From the IMG/VR virus record IMGVR_UViG_3300021431_000090, positions 43,086 through 107,085 of that record: 64,000 nt of DNA. One strand, given 5' to 3'. This document shows, piece after piece, positions 20,825 to 31,570 of this stretch (position 1 is its first letter; the number at the start of each line of letters is the position of its first letter). A program made the position numbers and the translations under genes. A model generated the notes under the pieces. It had not been told where the DNA came from, ran no database searches, and was given only the letters and a program-made list of their open reading frames with translations. Source of the DNA: a virus. Lineage: Duplodnaviria; Caudoviricetes.

Positions 20825-21418
20825 TCACTCCTTGTCAAAAATATCGAAATCAAAATTCATTCTTTTATCACTACCGGCGATCTTTTGAATTTCGTTATAT
20901 ATTTCAAACCAGCTTTTTACACGGATCATCCCGTTCTTTTCAGCCGGATAGTCAAAGTTATGTGGCGAATTCACTAAAATCTTCGCATAATCCCCACCTT
21001 CCAAATTATGAGGGCCGTCATCAACAAGCACATCACCGCGAATCATCTGCTTATTACACGCCACAATCACATGTTCCCAATCAATCATTGGGAAGTATTT
21101 AAAAATCGCTCTGTCGAATTTTGTAGGGACGGTCTTATAGTATGAGCTTGTAACAAGGTAGACAGAGTGACCCTCCTCTATTAATTTTTCAATCACAAGA
21201 GAGGCAAACGGGATTGGCTCAACCATATCCCATAGTGCATCATCCTGTAGCGCCTTGTATATCTCAGCACGAGTAAGGTTTGGGAAAGCTTTACATATAT
21301 CCCAGCTTCTGATCGCCAACCAGTCTACACTCTGCCCATACTTCTTGTTTAAATATGTAACCCACGCCTTCAAGAGGTAATGTATCGTATCGTCAGCGTC
21401 AATTAGGATGGTAAGAAT
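20825..21418 (-). CDS. 5'(3')-deoxyribonucleotidase (HAD, NT5C-like)
   Basis: ILIDADDT, LVDDGPHNL; start probably ATT at 21418 after a GGGGGAG SD. Confidence 0.85.
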   Translation of the reverse strand: MLTILIDADDTIHYLLKAWVTYLNKKYGQSVDWLAIRSWDICKAFPNLTRAEIYKALQDDALWDMVEPIPFASLVIEKLIEEGHSVYLVTSSYYKTVPTKFDRAIFKYFPMIDWEHVIVACNKQMIRGDVLVDDGPHNLEGGDYAKILVNSPHNFDYPAEKNGMIRVKSWFEIYNEIQKIAGSDKRMNFDFDIFDKE

Positions 21419-22140
21419 ACCACGTCTCCCCCTTTGTTGATCTGATCCGCCCAATTACTAATCCATCCTCTATGATTCGTGACAAGTTCGCATATAGCAC
21501 ATCGCTCTTTACTTGCAAAATGCCTAATGTATGCATCGAACCCACTCTCATTTGGATTGTCCAGGTCGCACTGCAGTGTATGTCCAATTACTACGACTTT
21601 TGCCTTTCCTCCAACGCGAGTAAGGGTCTTTTGCAGCTGCGGTATCGTATAGTTCTCTGCCTCGTCAATGATAATTACTGCATCTCTGAGATTTGACCCC
21701 CTGATGAAGGTGTCTGTAATACATGTTATGTATCCCGTCCCGTTCTTCTGGTTCACCATACTCTCATCATTTACCGCTGTGTTTGGATTTACACCGCACA
21801 CTGTGAGCGCCTGATAAAAAGCCTCAAAGTAAACAGAGCTTTTCTCGGTTATTGTTCCTGGCAGATACCCTTGTCTCCGTTCATTCACCGGACTCATGAT
21901 GTAAATAATCCCATCGTAAAGCCCATACTGTACAAGCATGTTTGCGACACCAGTTGCTATGGTTGTCTTGCCAGTACCGGCGGCAGCATTGCAAAATACG
22001 ATATCAATGTTTGGATCCCAGATTGCATTGGCAAAATTAAGTTGGTGCTCATCAAGATCAAGCCCGTAAAACGGCTGCCCAGTTAGAGTTGAAGGAGCTT
22101 CTTTTGAAAAATCTGGAGTGAGTTTCCTCTTTGTCGCCAT
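21403..22140 (-). CDS. phoH: PhoH-like ATPase
   Basis: AGTGKT, GYLPG, RG.N.....IIDEAEN, LTR, GH..QCD. Confidence 0.9.
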   Translation of the reverse strand: MATKRKLTPDFSKEAPSTLTGQPFYGLDLDEHQLNFANAIWDPNIDIVFCNAAAGTGKTTIATGVANMLVQYGLYDGIIYIMSPVNERRQGYLPGTITEKSSVYFEAFYQALTVCGVNPNTAVNDESMVNQKNGTGYITCITDTFIRGSNLRDAVIIIDEAENYTIPQLQKTLTRVGGKAKVVVIGHTLQCDLDNPNESGFDAYIRHFASKERCAICELVTNHRGWISNWADQINKGGDVVFLPS

Positions 22141-22149
22141 AAGCCCTCC

Positions 22150-22788
22150 TTAAATAATTTCGTCAATGTCGCAATCTTCTCCGATTATATAGTCGACGAA
22201 CCCTTTCTCCTTAGCCTCATCGGCGAACATATACCACTCAACACGGTACTTATCTTCATACTCTTTTTCCGTGACTTTACTGTGCGCAAGAATGTAACCC
22301 TTGATTCGCTGCTCAGCTCGTCTCTGGAACTCCATCTGATCCTGAAGCTTTGCACTGGAATCCCATGCGAAGCTTGATCCGTCATGCATCAGGAAGCGAG
22401 CGTTCTTCATTGCGAAACGTTTATGTCCTGCGATACCGATCAGAAATCCCATGCTATATTGGAACCCGAGGTTGATTGTGTATACCGGAGTTTTGCTAGA
22501 ACAAATCGCATCGATTACTTCGAACCCTGCGTCTACAGATCCGCCATTAGAAGTCACATACAGAATAATCGGTTGACGCTCGTCGACGGGCTTGCCCTTA
22601 TCTTCTCTGTTAAACTGAAGGATATGTCTCACTGTATCTTCAACATTCCACTGGTCAATATCTGCGTTCAGGAAGAGTTTCCTCTGCTTTAAGTCTTTAA
22701 TTCTAAAGATGTCTTCAAGAAGCCCACTTGCAGTATCGAGCTCAAGGTCGAGATCAATATCGTAGTATCCGTTTTCTTTAGTTTCCAT
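22150..22788 (-). CDS. ClpP-like protease subunit
   Basis: I.LYV.S.GGSV, YSMG, R.LMH, WY..ADEA...GFVD. Confidence 0.85.
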   Translation of the reverse strand: METKENGYYDIDLDLELDTASGLLEDIFRIKDLKQRKLFLNADIDQWNVEDTVRHILQFNREDKGKPVDERQPIILYVTSNGGSVDAGFEVIDAICSSKTPVYTINLGFQYSMGFLIGIAGHKRFAMKNARFLMHDGSSFAWDSSAKLQDQMEFQRRAEQRIKGYILAHSKVTEKEYEDKYRVEWYMFADEAKEKGFVDYIIGEDCDIDEII

Positions 22789-23314
22789 AAACGTTCTCCT
22801 TTAAAAACTTTTCTACCTTTTCTTTCAATTCCTCGCTACCGCCGTCGTTTATAATTGTGTAATCTGGCTTTACATTATCGAGCGATGTCTCGGATGGATG
22901 TTTCTTTTGCTCCTCAGTAAGACCGTTATCAAAATTCGGGCGGACGACTCTTAAATGAATTACATCGAATCCTTTCTTTTTTAAAACGTCAATTTCATTC
23001 ACAAACCGTGTGTCGGGAATGATAACGAAATCCCAGTAACCATTGAACATTTCGAGGATTGACACAATGAAGTCGACCCAGTAATCAGGGTTTTTATTTC
23101 GCACTACGTCAGTTCCGACATATTGAAGCAATGTTCGCCCGTGCTCGTCCTTTAGGCCGTTCCAATTAAAGAATTTTTCACATATGTATTTGACCAGGTC
23201 TGCGTAGTGCGTTATCAATGTTTTATATCCGCCACTCCTTAATTGGTTGTTTAGGAAATTTGCTACGGTATCTTTCCCATTTCTCGCATGCCCTGATATT
23301 GTAATAACCTTCAA
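22778..23314 (-). CDS. deoxynucleoside monophosphate kinase
   Basis: ISGHARNGKDT, R.LLQ..GT, IPD.RF.NE, H.SE. Confidence 0.85.
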   Translation of the reverse strand: MKVITISGHARNGKDTVANFLNNQLRSGGYKTLITHYADLVKYICEKFFNWNGLKDEHGRTLLQYVGTDVVRNKNPDYWVDFIVSILEMFNGYWDFVIIPDTRFVNEIDVLKKKGFDVIHLRVVRPNFDNGLTEEQKKHPSETSLDNVKPDYTIINDGGSEELKEKVEKFLKENVYGN

Positions 23315-23859
23315 TTAATACCAATCCTCCTCTGCTGATTATTCTTCGCTATAAACCTCGCCTCCACGATCTATAACCGGATTTATTTTACAGCTGTCTA
23401 TCAGTTGATCCATACAGTCACAGCACAGATCAAGTCTTAGCGCACTTCCGTCATACTTAGATCCATATCCTATTAGGTAGCTTACGATTGCGAAATTCTC
23501 CTGATTGTCCCACTCGTCAAAATCCTTGCCGCACATATTACAGACTTTTCTAAGCATTGAACGATCTCCTATTATGTATTTTTAAAGCTTCTCAAAAACT
23601 CGTCGATCATTTCCCAACTCTCTTTTTCTCTGGCTTCATTCAGATAAGCTTCTGTGCTTTCAAACTTCTCTTCTAGTACAGAAAGCCTTCGAGAAATGTC
23701 CTCAAGCATAGACATTTTTGAATCAATACTTGTGTTATCCTCCATAATGTCGACTGGTCTCACGGCCCAATCAATAGGGTCTCCATAGTACTCCATGATT
23801 GGATTTGTATGAATACAACGCGTATCAATAGTCATTAGTTGCGGTATTTCGACCACCAC

Positions 23860-26800
23860 CTAGTATATTTTTTTGAACCCAGTTAAAGTGAAGTACTGTC
23901 CTTCTCTTGTAAATGACTGACAGTAAATGATGTCACCCTTTTTGATGGGATCTGTATTATAAACACGGTTGAAAACCGTGAACCTACTATCAACACCGCT
24001 TCCTATCGACTTCGTTATTATCGAATACCCAAATTGTTTTTTGTCTTTCTTGCGAACGAGCGGATACACATCGATTACATATAGCTTTCTGCGATCCTGC
24101 TCCTTACCAGAAACATACCCGATATATCCCATAACGTCATAGAAATTTCTAACCTTGACAAGGTCACTCAAATCCTCAAGATGAGCTGCCTTAATCGTAT
24201 CCTCGATCTCTCGCAGGATTGATCTCATATCAAAAATCGTGTAGAACTTAGATTCTTGACCAGATTTCGTTATGTTATTGGAATACTTTACGATTATCGG
24301 TTCAAGCGGCGTCCCTTCGATTTTCTCCTTTGAGATTTTCTTTGCTTCACCCTTTTTAAATGTCTCGTAAAACATATCGGTGATGCGTAGAAGCTCTCTC
24401 TGGTTCCCAAAATCGGAGAAAAAATCCAGCTTGATCAGAATATCAAGCTGCCTTGTGTTTATATGTGCTTTTTGATCTATATCAAACAACAGATCAACAA
24501 ACCTGTTGTAGTGATTATTATGTGCGAGCTCATACAGTTCCTCGGCAATTGCGGCGTTCATAAATTTCACAGATGTGAGACCTTTCGCGATAATGTTTTT
24601 GTCTTCGTCGTAGAAGTACTTGTCTCTGGAAAGCCCCCACTTCGGGTTTGTTACGGCAATTCCGACCTTATGTGCGTATTTCGTAATCTCTGCCGTCTTG
24701 TCGGTATTGTCTTGGAAAATATTCAGTGCAGCAGTTAAGAACTGTAGCGGGTGATAGTACCTCAAGTACCCACAAATATACCCAATACATGAGTAGCTGT
24801 CTGAATGGTTCCACGAAAAGGCATATGCCGATGCGTCAAGGATAACCTGCAAGAACGGTTTAATTACTTTTTCGCACTCTTCTTCTGACATCCCATAATT
24901 CTCAATACAGTAAGCTACGAACCGTTTTTCGATTTCTGGCAACAACTGCTCGGTACCTTTCTTTTTCGCGATGCCTCTGCGGACAAGGTCGCTCTCAGCT
25001 GCTGAATAGCCACAGAACTTTACAAGGAACTGCATTATGGTTTCCTGCATAGCGATTCTCCCAGCCTCTGGGGCAAGGAAATCATTCAACGCATCAAAAC
25101 CATTATCATAAAATTCCCCTCTTGCAACGCTATCTCGGAAACTCGCACATGCTGGGCGGATTAAACCATTGCCGAACGACATCCATTTTATCATTGAGAA
25201 ATTAGGGATTCTTGATCTGGCTTTTTCAAGTGTCTTTTCCGACATGAATTCTCTTAGGTATGCCTGAGCACTGTTAGATTCCCATTGGAATATCAGCGTA
25301 GTATCTTTCCGAATACTTTCCCAAACCGCCATATCTTCTAGGTCTGTGTTATCAGGCGTTAACCTCTCAATACCAAGCATTTTGCATGTGTCATTGATCA
25401 CGCCTATATTATCCAAACCTAAAATATCAAGCTTCACGTACATCTGATCATCGAGTTCCTTCATGTTTATCATGGAAACCGGATAATCTGATGTTGATAT
25501 ACTGCAAAGCCCCATCATTTCATCTATTGGAAGGTCACTGATCAACACTCCACTAGGATGTGTACCGATTGATACAATCGTACCGTCAACTATATCGGCA
25601 TACCGAAATACTTCCGGCCACTTCTTTCGTGCATTTTCGACATCACGATCAACTTCCTTGCTGATTTCGCTTGAAAGATCCAAGTAGTTGATTTTTTCGT
25701 TATCTTTATATAAAGCTCTGCATACATCTCGCACTGCGCCCTTCGTCGCGATTGTGTTGAATGTGATGATTTCTGCAGAGTTGATTGTCGGAAGTCCCAT
25801 CTTATCCTTCAGCAAGAACTCTTTTATCCTGTCTCGGTCTGCGCCTGCATAATCTGTGTCTATATCAGCGTTTGTAACTCGAGCGGGGTTCATAAACCTG
25901 AAGAAGTTTAAGTTAAACTTGAGGCTATCCATCTGTGTTATACCAAGAATGTAGGCGATCATGCTTCCAGAGACAGAACCACGGCTGTACCCGCACTGAA
26001 TACCGTTTTTCTTCTCCCATTCACGTAAGTAAGTCTGCATTAGCATAAAGTCGATTGACTTTGTGGTCTTGTATACTTCAAACTCTTCATCGATTACTTT
26101 GTCGAGCTCTTCTCGTGTGTGATTTTTAAGCGCATATGGGTGTTTTACCAATGCATCGTCAATCTTTTTGCGGAAAGTTTGCTCTGGGTTGTCATAAATG
26201 TGCGGGTATTTCGTGCCACAATCCAGTTTGAATTCCTCGACCATGTCAGCAAGCACATTTGTGTTACGAATTGCCTTCATGTACACATTTTCTTCTAACG
26301 AACCCTGTTTTTTATAAGCTTCTACCAACTCATCGTATGTTTTGAACTTTAAATCCCAGAGCTCCTCGCCGTCGAAGTGTATGTTTTTGGAAAGCTGTAG
26401 TATGCCGCGCCCTTTTTCGTGTTCTTCATTCAATACGTGTGTATCTGTACCGGCGATTAATGGGATTGATGTACTCTGACTAAGCGCTGTAAGCTTCTCA
26501 TTGTATACGATCTGTTTCTCATCCATGTGATGCCCAATTTCAAAGAAGCACCTATCCCTGTTTCGAAGCATAAAATCCAAAAATCGTTCGCGTACTTCTT
26601 CGTCGCCTTTACCGAAAACACCGCCGACACAAGCGGTTGTTATTATAATGTTATCGGTCGTAGCAAACAGTTCATCGAATGAAATTCTCGGTACATAATA
26701 AAAGTGGTTGTCTTTTCTGTTGAAACTTTGTGTTATTAGCTTATTAAGCTCACGGAACCCATCGTAATTTCTGGCGATAAGGCAACAGTGATAGTTGTCT

Positions 26801-27051
26801 CGGACTTTTTCATCAAGCGATGCGGTGAGGTAAGCCTCGATCGCGTGGATATATTTCATTCCAGCAGCTTCAATGGCGTTCTTCTTATGCCACCACTCGA
26901 ACACCGAGCCATGTTCACTAAACGCCAGCGCCTTCATACCACATTCTTGTGCTCGTTTTATGTATTCACCGTATTTTGTTACTGAGTCTACATTTGTAAC
27001 TCCGTTAGAAAGGTCGCTGTGCAAATGATAAACTACATAATTTTCAATCAA
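23860..27051 (-). CDS. dnaE: DNA polymerase III alpha subunit (family C)
   Basis: PHP HLHS..S, RGS.SGS, RF.NP.R...DID.D, HPSG, KLDILGL, Y.F...HS. Confidence 0.96.
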   Translation of the reverse strand: MIENYVVYHLHSDLSNGVTNVDSVTKYGEYIKRAQECGMKALAFSEHGSVFEWWHKKNAIEAAGMKYIHAIEAYLTASLDEKVRDNYHCCLIARNYDGFRELNKLITQSFNRKDNHFYYVPRISFDELFATTDNIIITTACVGGVFGKGDEEVRERFLDFMLRNRDRCFFEIGHHMDEKQIVYNEKLTALSQSTSIPLIAGTDTHVLNEEHEKGRGILQLSKNIHFDGEELWDLKFKTYDELVEAYKKQGSLEENVYMKAIRNTNVLADMVEEFKLDCGTKYPHIYDNPEQTFRKKIDDALVKHPYALKNHTREELDKVIDEEFEVYKTTKSIDFMLMQTYLREWEKKNGIQCGYSRGSVSGSMIAYILGITQMDSLKFNLNFFRFMNPARVTNADIDTDYAGADRDRIKEFLLKDKMGLPTINSAEIITFNTIATKGAVRDVCRALYKDNEKINYLDLSSEISKEVDRDVENARKKWPEVFRYADIVDGTIVSIGTHPSGVLISDLPIDEMMGLCSISTSDYPVSMINMKELDDQMYVKLDILGLDNIGVINDTCKMLGIERLTPDNTDLEDMAVWESIRKDTTLIFQWESNSAQAYLREFMSEKTLEKARSRIPNFSMIKWMSFGNGLIRPACASFRDSVARGEFYDNGFDALNDFLAPEAGRIAMQETIMQFLVKFCGYSAAESDLVRRGIAKKKGTEQLLPEIEKRFVAYCIENYGMSEEECEKVIKPFLQVILDASAYAFSWNHSDSYSCIGYICGYLRYYHPLQFLTAALNIFQDNTDKTAEITKYAHKVGIAVTNPKWGLSRDKYFYDEDKNIIAKGLTSVKFMNAAIAEELYELAHNNHYNRFVDLLFDIDQKAHINTRQLDILIKLDFFSDFGNQRELLRITDMFYETFKKGEAKKISKEKIEGTPLEPIIVKYSNNITKSGQESKFYTIFDMRSILREIEDTIKAAHLEDLSDLVKVRNFYDVMGYIGYVSGKEQDRRKLYVIDVYPLVRKKDKKQFGYSIITKSIGSGVDSRFTVFNRVYNTDPIKKGDIIYCQSFTREGQYFTLTGFKKIY

Positions 27052-27421
27052 CTATCACCTTCTTCCTGTTTAAACTCCCCTAAGAACTCATCCAACTCTT
27101 CTGATTTCCATGATTCCGTATCAACATCTCTCTGTTCTAAGGCTTCCTTAATTTTCGGTATGTTCAACTTTCCAGAGTAAACTTCAGTGCTGCGCGGCCT
27201 CGTACTTGGAATACCCCAAAACTGCCCATCATGAGCAAGGTCTGGTGATATCATCCTGTTCGGGTAGAGGTCACACCATAAAGTGCTGGCATCGTAGTCC
27301 GGTGTAGTTCTCGTCACAGACGATGTCCATACATTGCTAGGAGATTCTGTAGTTAATTTATTTACCCAAGCTTTTAATTCTTCGGTAAAAAGTTTTTCGA
27401 ATTGGATACCAAGATTATCGC

Positions 27422-28405
27422 TCATCTTAACCTCCCCCTATGTAGATACAATGTTTTGAACACATCAACCCCTTTGTCTACCGGCGAATCTTTGCTGTCT
27501 AGCAAGCCATCTGTGTCATAGATATAGCTTACATTTACATACCGCTTAAGCTTGTTGATATTTTTATCTTCCCAGACTTTCACATCCTTATCCAGGGCAA
27601 AAGTTACATTGACACCAAGCTTTGCCAGTATCTTCATCTGATTTACAGATAGATGTGATGTTAAAATTGCACCGCAATAATGAATTCCCCATGTGTCTGC
27701 TATAAGCACACTCTTGCAACCTTCAAACAGTATTACTTCTCCAGCTTTTTTGATAGCATCCATATTGTCTGATAGGCCGTAGATCGTATTTATTGTTCCA
27801 AACTGGAAGAAATAACAGTATTTTCTTTGCCCTTCCTCTTTCCATGTTGGAGACACTGCCCTACCGCCGACATTAATGATCTTCCCGTTTAAATCGCGCA
27901 CAGGGTACACAAGTCTGTCCGAAAATCCATCATAATAGACCTGGAATTTGTCCAAAGATTCCTTGGAGATGCCTTCTTTCTCCCAGATTGCAAGCTTATC
28001 GGCACGTTTTTCGTACCTTTCCATGTAATTATCCGGTAGAATTTTTACTTTCGACTCTTTCTGCGTGATTTTTGGCTTCTGGTACTTCTTGCAAATGATC
28101 GTCGCAGACATTCTCTCTCTTGGCACAAAGACCTCGCCGTCAATTCCGGCATATTCCTTGAGTTTTTCAACAGCTTCATGGCTTGAACACTTAAAATACG
28201 CTTTGATGAATGTAATTATGTTCCCACCTTGCCCGCTCGAGTAGTCATACCAGAATGGTGGGTCTTTTCTTACTGAAAATGACGGCGTTTTCTCACTCTG
28301 GAAACATGAAAGTCCCCAAAATTCCTCTCCTTGCTGCTCAAGTTCAACAAATTGTCCTATGTAGTCAACAATATCTATTGACTGGATCAGTTCTTCGAGT
28401 TCCAA
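27422..28405 (-). CDS. dnaG: DNA primase (zinc-finger + Toprim)
   Basis: EKTPSF.V, G.GG..I.F, FEG..S, ALDKD. Confidence 0.88.
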   Translation of the reverse strand: MELEELIQSIDIVDYIGQFVELEQQGEEFWGLSCFQSEKTPSFSVRKDPPFWYDYSSGQGGNIITFIKAYFKCSSHEAVEKLKEYAGIDGEVFVPRERMSATIICKKYQKPKITQKESKVKILPDNYMERYEKRADKLAIWEKEGISKESLDKFQVYYDGFSDRLVYPVRDLNGKIINVGGRAVSPTWKEEGQRKYCYFFQFGTINTIYGLSDNMDAIKKAGEVILFEGCKSVLIADTWGIHYCGAILTSHLSVNQMKILAKLGVNVTFALDKDVKVWEDKNINKLKRYVNVSYIYDTDGLLDSKDSPVDKGVDVFKTLYLHRGRLR

Positions 28406-29039
28406 TCGGCACTTCCTTATGTAATCTGCTCTGTGTAGTCAGAGCTCGTCCAATGTCCCATCCATGATCGATTCTCCAGAGTAGACATGAGTACGCGAGG
28501 CCTGTCTCATCACACCATTCCTTTATTGTCTTTGTTTCGCCGTTGTATGTGATAAATCGGTTATCTGTTCTATTCAGGCTCTGTTCTTCAGACGTCGCCC
28601 ATCGACAATTTTCTGGAGAATAATTCCCATCAACGTTTATTCTATCTATTGACAGGCCATCTTTATATCCATTTTCAATTGCCCAATTATAAAATGATTC
28701 AAAACTCGTTACCCATTCGTCGCATACGCATATTCCTCGTCCGCCGTAGCTTTCGTATCGGTTCTGACTTGGATATTTACATCTGTTCTTCATTGCTATC
28801 CATATAGAATAAAGCCTATGGTGTCTTTTGCCGTGTGTCGTGTTATTTTTTGACGTAATTTCCCGCCTTAAACACCCACAACTTTTTGTATTGCCACGCA
28901 ATACACTACCTCTGTTAACTGTCGCTATATTTCCGCAGTCACATTTACACATAATATGTCTACAGTCGTCAGCCTTTCCTAATACAACAAGCCTACCAAA
29001 TCTTTTCCCTATTAATTCTTCTACCTTTATGTAGCTCAT
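28365..29039 (-). CDS. free-standing HNH-type homing endonuclease
   Basis: G.RFGRL, CKCDCG, SCGC, YGGRGI.VC.EW, SIDRI...GNY.P.NCRWAT; inserted between helicase and primase. Confidence 0.8.
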   Translation of the reverse strand: MSYIKVEELIGKRFGRLVVLGKADDCRHIMCKCDCGNIATVNRGSVLRGNTKSCGCLRREITSKNNTTHGKRHHRLYSIWIAMKNRCKYPSQNRYESYGGRGICVCDEWVTSFESFYNWAIENGYKDGLSIDRINVDGNYSPENCRWATSEEQSLNRTDNRFITYNGETKTIKEWCDETGLAYSCLLWRIDHGWDIGRALTTQSRLHKEVPIGTRRTDPVNRYC

Positions 29040-30374
29040 TTAATATGGCTCAACTTTCTGATGTTGTATCTCGGATTGTGAATATTTACATGTGCTTCCG
29101 TCAAATTTCATATCAATGTATTCGTCTTCTGTCATCTGAGCACCATTTCTATTATAGACAACACGGATTTTCTTAGTTGCTCCTGTGCCATCCTCTTCAA
29201 TTTCAGCAATGTCTTTATCCGAGATGGAGATAACGGTGCTCATTGACCTTGCTATCCTTGCGCTATCTGCAATTTTCCCTGATGCTGTAGCCTGCGCCGC
29301 TGTAAGAGCTGCGATTCCCATTTCGCCAGCTATTTTGTTTTTTAAGATATCGCTAACATTTCCCAAATCACTGTAAACTTCAAATGCCTGATCTTTAGTT
29401 GAATCTGCTTTCAGATAATCGACTACTATGCAGTCAATTCCGATCTGATGTTTCGCTTTCTTAGCTGTAATATACAAGGGATCTGCTTTCAAAACCGGCA
29501 TGTATATATGTATGAATTTCTGTTGCTTTAACCATTCGATCTGCTCTTGAATTAAAGCCTCTTCCTCTTCTGTTAGAGCCGCACCGTTTCTGATTTTCCA
29601 AAATTGGATTCCAGTCAGGTGAGAAAGGATTCTCATCGTGAAAAGTTCATCCGAAATCTCTGAATCAACGTACAAAACACTTTTCCCTTTTTTCAGCATT
29701 GAAACAGTGATCGTTAATAGCATTGCCGACTTCCCTGCTTTCGGTCCGCCGGTGAAACATACGCATTCACCAGGCTCCAGCACAACATATTCGTTCAACA
29801 ACTTGAATGGGAAACTTATTGCTTTGGTTTCCCCACGTTGTCTTGCTTTTATGTGCTCCCACGTACTCTCAACGATCTCAGAATATAATGGCATACTGTT
29901 TACGCTTGAATAGTCAGTCATTATCTTGTCTATTCTATCGTAGATATTCTTCTGGATATCGTCTTTGCTCATATCTTTGCACTCATCGATGCATTTCTTT
30001 AGGCACCGGCATGCTTCTCTTCTGAAAGCACAGTCAATAATATTCCCGGCAAGAATTTCGTACTCTTCATACGTGTTTCGCGCCAATGTATCGCTCATAT
30101 CGATCAGTTCGTTCAGCTTGTCGATCGAAAGCTCTTCAACATATGATTTGGTTTCCTCGGATGCACTCAAAATCTCACGGATGTTATACGGGTCTACTGT
30201 CGGCACGTTTCTTTGGGCAAGTTCTCTGATTGCTGTATAAACGTAGCTGTTTTCCTTGTTCGTAAAGTGTTTTGGGAGCAAATTTTCCGCTCGGAAATAA
30301 TAATCAGGGTGATGAATCAATGTCGCTATCACGCCAGCTTCGCTAGATAAGCTATTAATATCTTCTGTCCTCGT
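29040..30374 (-). CDS. DnaB-like replicative helicase
   Basis: GGPKAGKS, VLYVDSE, VVDYLK, AAQ, NRNG; frame is open upstream to an ACG at 30374. Confidence 0.88.
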   Translation of the reverse strand, partial: TRTEDINSLSSEAGVIATLIHHPDYYFRAENLLPKHFTNKENSYVYTAIRELAQRNVPTVDPYNIREILSASEETKSYVEELSIDKLNELIDMSDTLARNTYEEYEILAGNIIDCAFRREACRCLKKCIDECKDMSKDDIQKNIYDRIDKIMTDYSSVNSMPLYSEIVESTWEHIKARQRGETKAISFPFKLLNEYVVLEPGECVCFTGGPKAGKSAMLLTITVSMLKKGKSVLYVDSEISDELFTMRILSHLTGIQFWKIRNGAALTEEEEALIQEQIEWLKQQKFIHIYMPVLKADPLYITAKKAKHQIGIDCIVVDYLKADSTKDQAFEVYSDLGNVSDILKNKIAGEMGIAALTAAQATASGKIADSARIARSMSTVISISDKDIAEIEEDGTGATKKIRVVYNRNGAQMTEDEYIDMKFDGSTCKYSQSEIQHQKVEPY

Positions 30375-30378
30375 TTAA

Positions 30379-31160
30379 TCACCCCATTCCCTGGTACTCA
30401 CATATTTCTGTGTAAGGACAGAGCCACTTACATCCGAAGTAGTCAACATACGGCGGGAAATCCTCACTATCTTTTAGAATATCGATGTTTGTCCTCGCCC
30501 ATTCAATCGCTTCATTATATTTATGTTCAACAAACGGTTCTTCAATGAATGTATTTGACTTGAAGCAATTGAAGCATAATGACTTTGGAAATTTCCCGTA
30601 TTCTTGCTTAACTGCTTTGGCATAAATATAAAGCTGCACAAGCATGTCGTCTAACTCCTGATCTTTAACAGTTGGTTTCGATCGTTTGCTGCGCGGCTTT
30701 AAATCCCGTGACTTATTATCAATTATGTATAATTCCCCATCCTTCTCACCGAGGTAATCTATATACCCAACGAAGTTTGAGTCGCCAATTTTGAACTCAA
30801 CCTTTTTCTCAACACCTAATTGGTTATATGGGAACGGCTTAAAGTTTTTAAAGTACGTTTTCCCCGCCTCGATATACTTCTGGACTGTACTCTCCTGCGG
30901 CCTTTCTCCTTGCACTTCGCGGTGAAAATCAAACAGGAATTTTATAAGCAAATTTTCCTTAGATAATAAACCTTTGTAGTACATTTCGAGCAATTTATGC
31001 ATAAAAGAGCCGTATGAGGCGTAGAATTTTGGCTCTTCAGGGCACTGTTTTATGTACTTTAAAAACCAACCTAGCGATAGGGACAATCATCAAATGTTTT
31101 GATCCTCGAATATGACCAAGTCATGTCCTCGATCAAAGGTCTATATGAAACTTCGCCTAT
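30379..31160 (-). pseudogene. PD-(D/E)XK (AddB/Cas4-like) exonuclease, frameshifted near the N-terminus
   Basis: WSYSRIKTFDDCPYR* (TAG at 31073-31071) continues as WFLKY...GYID...IIDNKS...QLYIY...C..LC.Y..IC in another frame. Confidence 0.65.
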
Positions 31161-31198
31161 CTATATCACCCCCAGACATTGATTAAGTAGATACGCAA

Positions 31199-31570
31199 TT
31201 AGAACGGGAGCCTATCGTCTGTTTCGTCTACTTCGCCGTCGTCAACCTTGTGATGCTGCTCAGGAGCCGGATCAGAGCCATCTGCCATTTCAAAATTAAA
31301 GATATTGAAATTTGTAAAGGTCTGCTTTGTGTCCTTATAATAGACGTTTGTCACATCAACATCTCCAAGTTTAATTCTGTCGCCTTCTTTTAGAGTCGCG
31401 GCCTTTGTCGCTGCGGCTGTTCCAATAAAGCTTACAAACCCACCGAAATCCTGTTCATACTGACCAGTTTCCTTATTCTTCTTACTAATGGAGATTCTCC
31501 CCTTAGTAACTGTACTTTTTACCGGTTCAACCGACCACACTTTTGCATAACTTCCTGTTCTAAATCCCAT
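31199..31570 (-). CDS. ssb: single-stranded DNA-binding protein
   Basis: OB-like N-terminus; acidic tail ending DDRLPF. Confidence 0.75.
   Translation of the reverse strand: MGFRTGSYAKVWSVEPVKSTVTKGRISISKKNKETGQYEQDFGGFVSFIGTAAATKAATLKEGDRIKLGDVDVTNVYYKDTKQTFTNFNIFNFEMADGSDPAPEQHHKVDDGEVDETDDRLPF

Noticed and set aside
31071-31073. TAG stop-codon reassignment
   Set aside because: Readthrough would not restore the frame, long genes are intact in code 11, dnaE and others end in TAG, and no suppressor tRNA was seen
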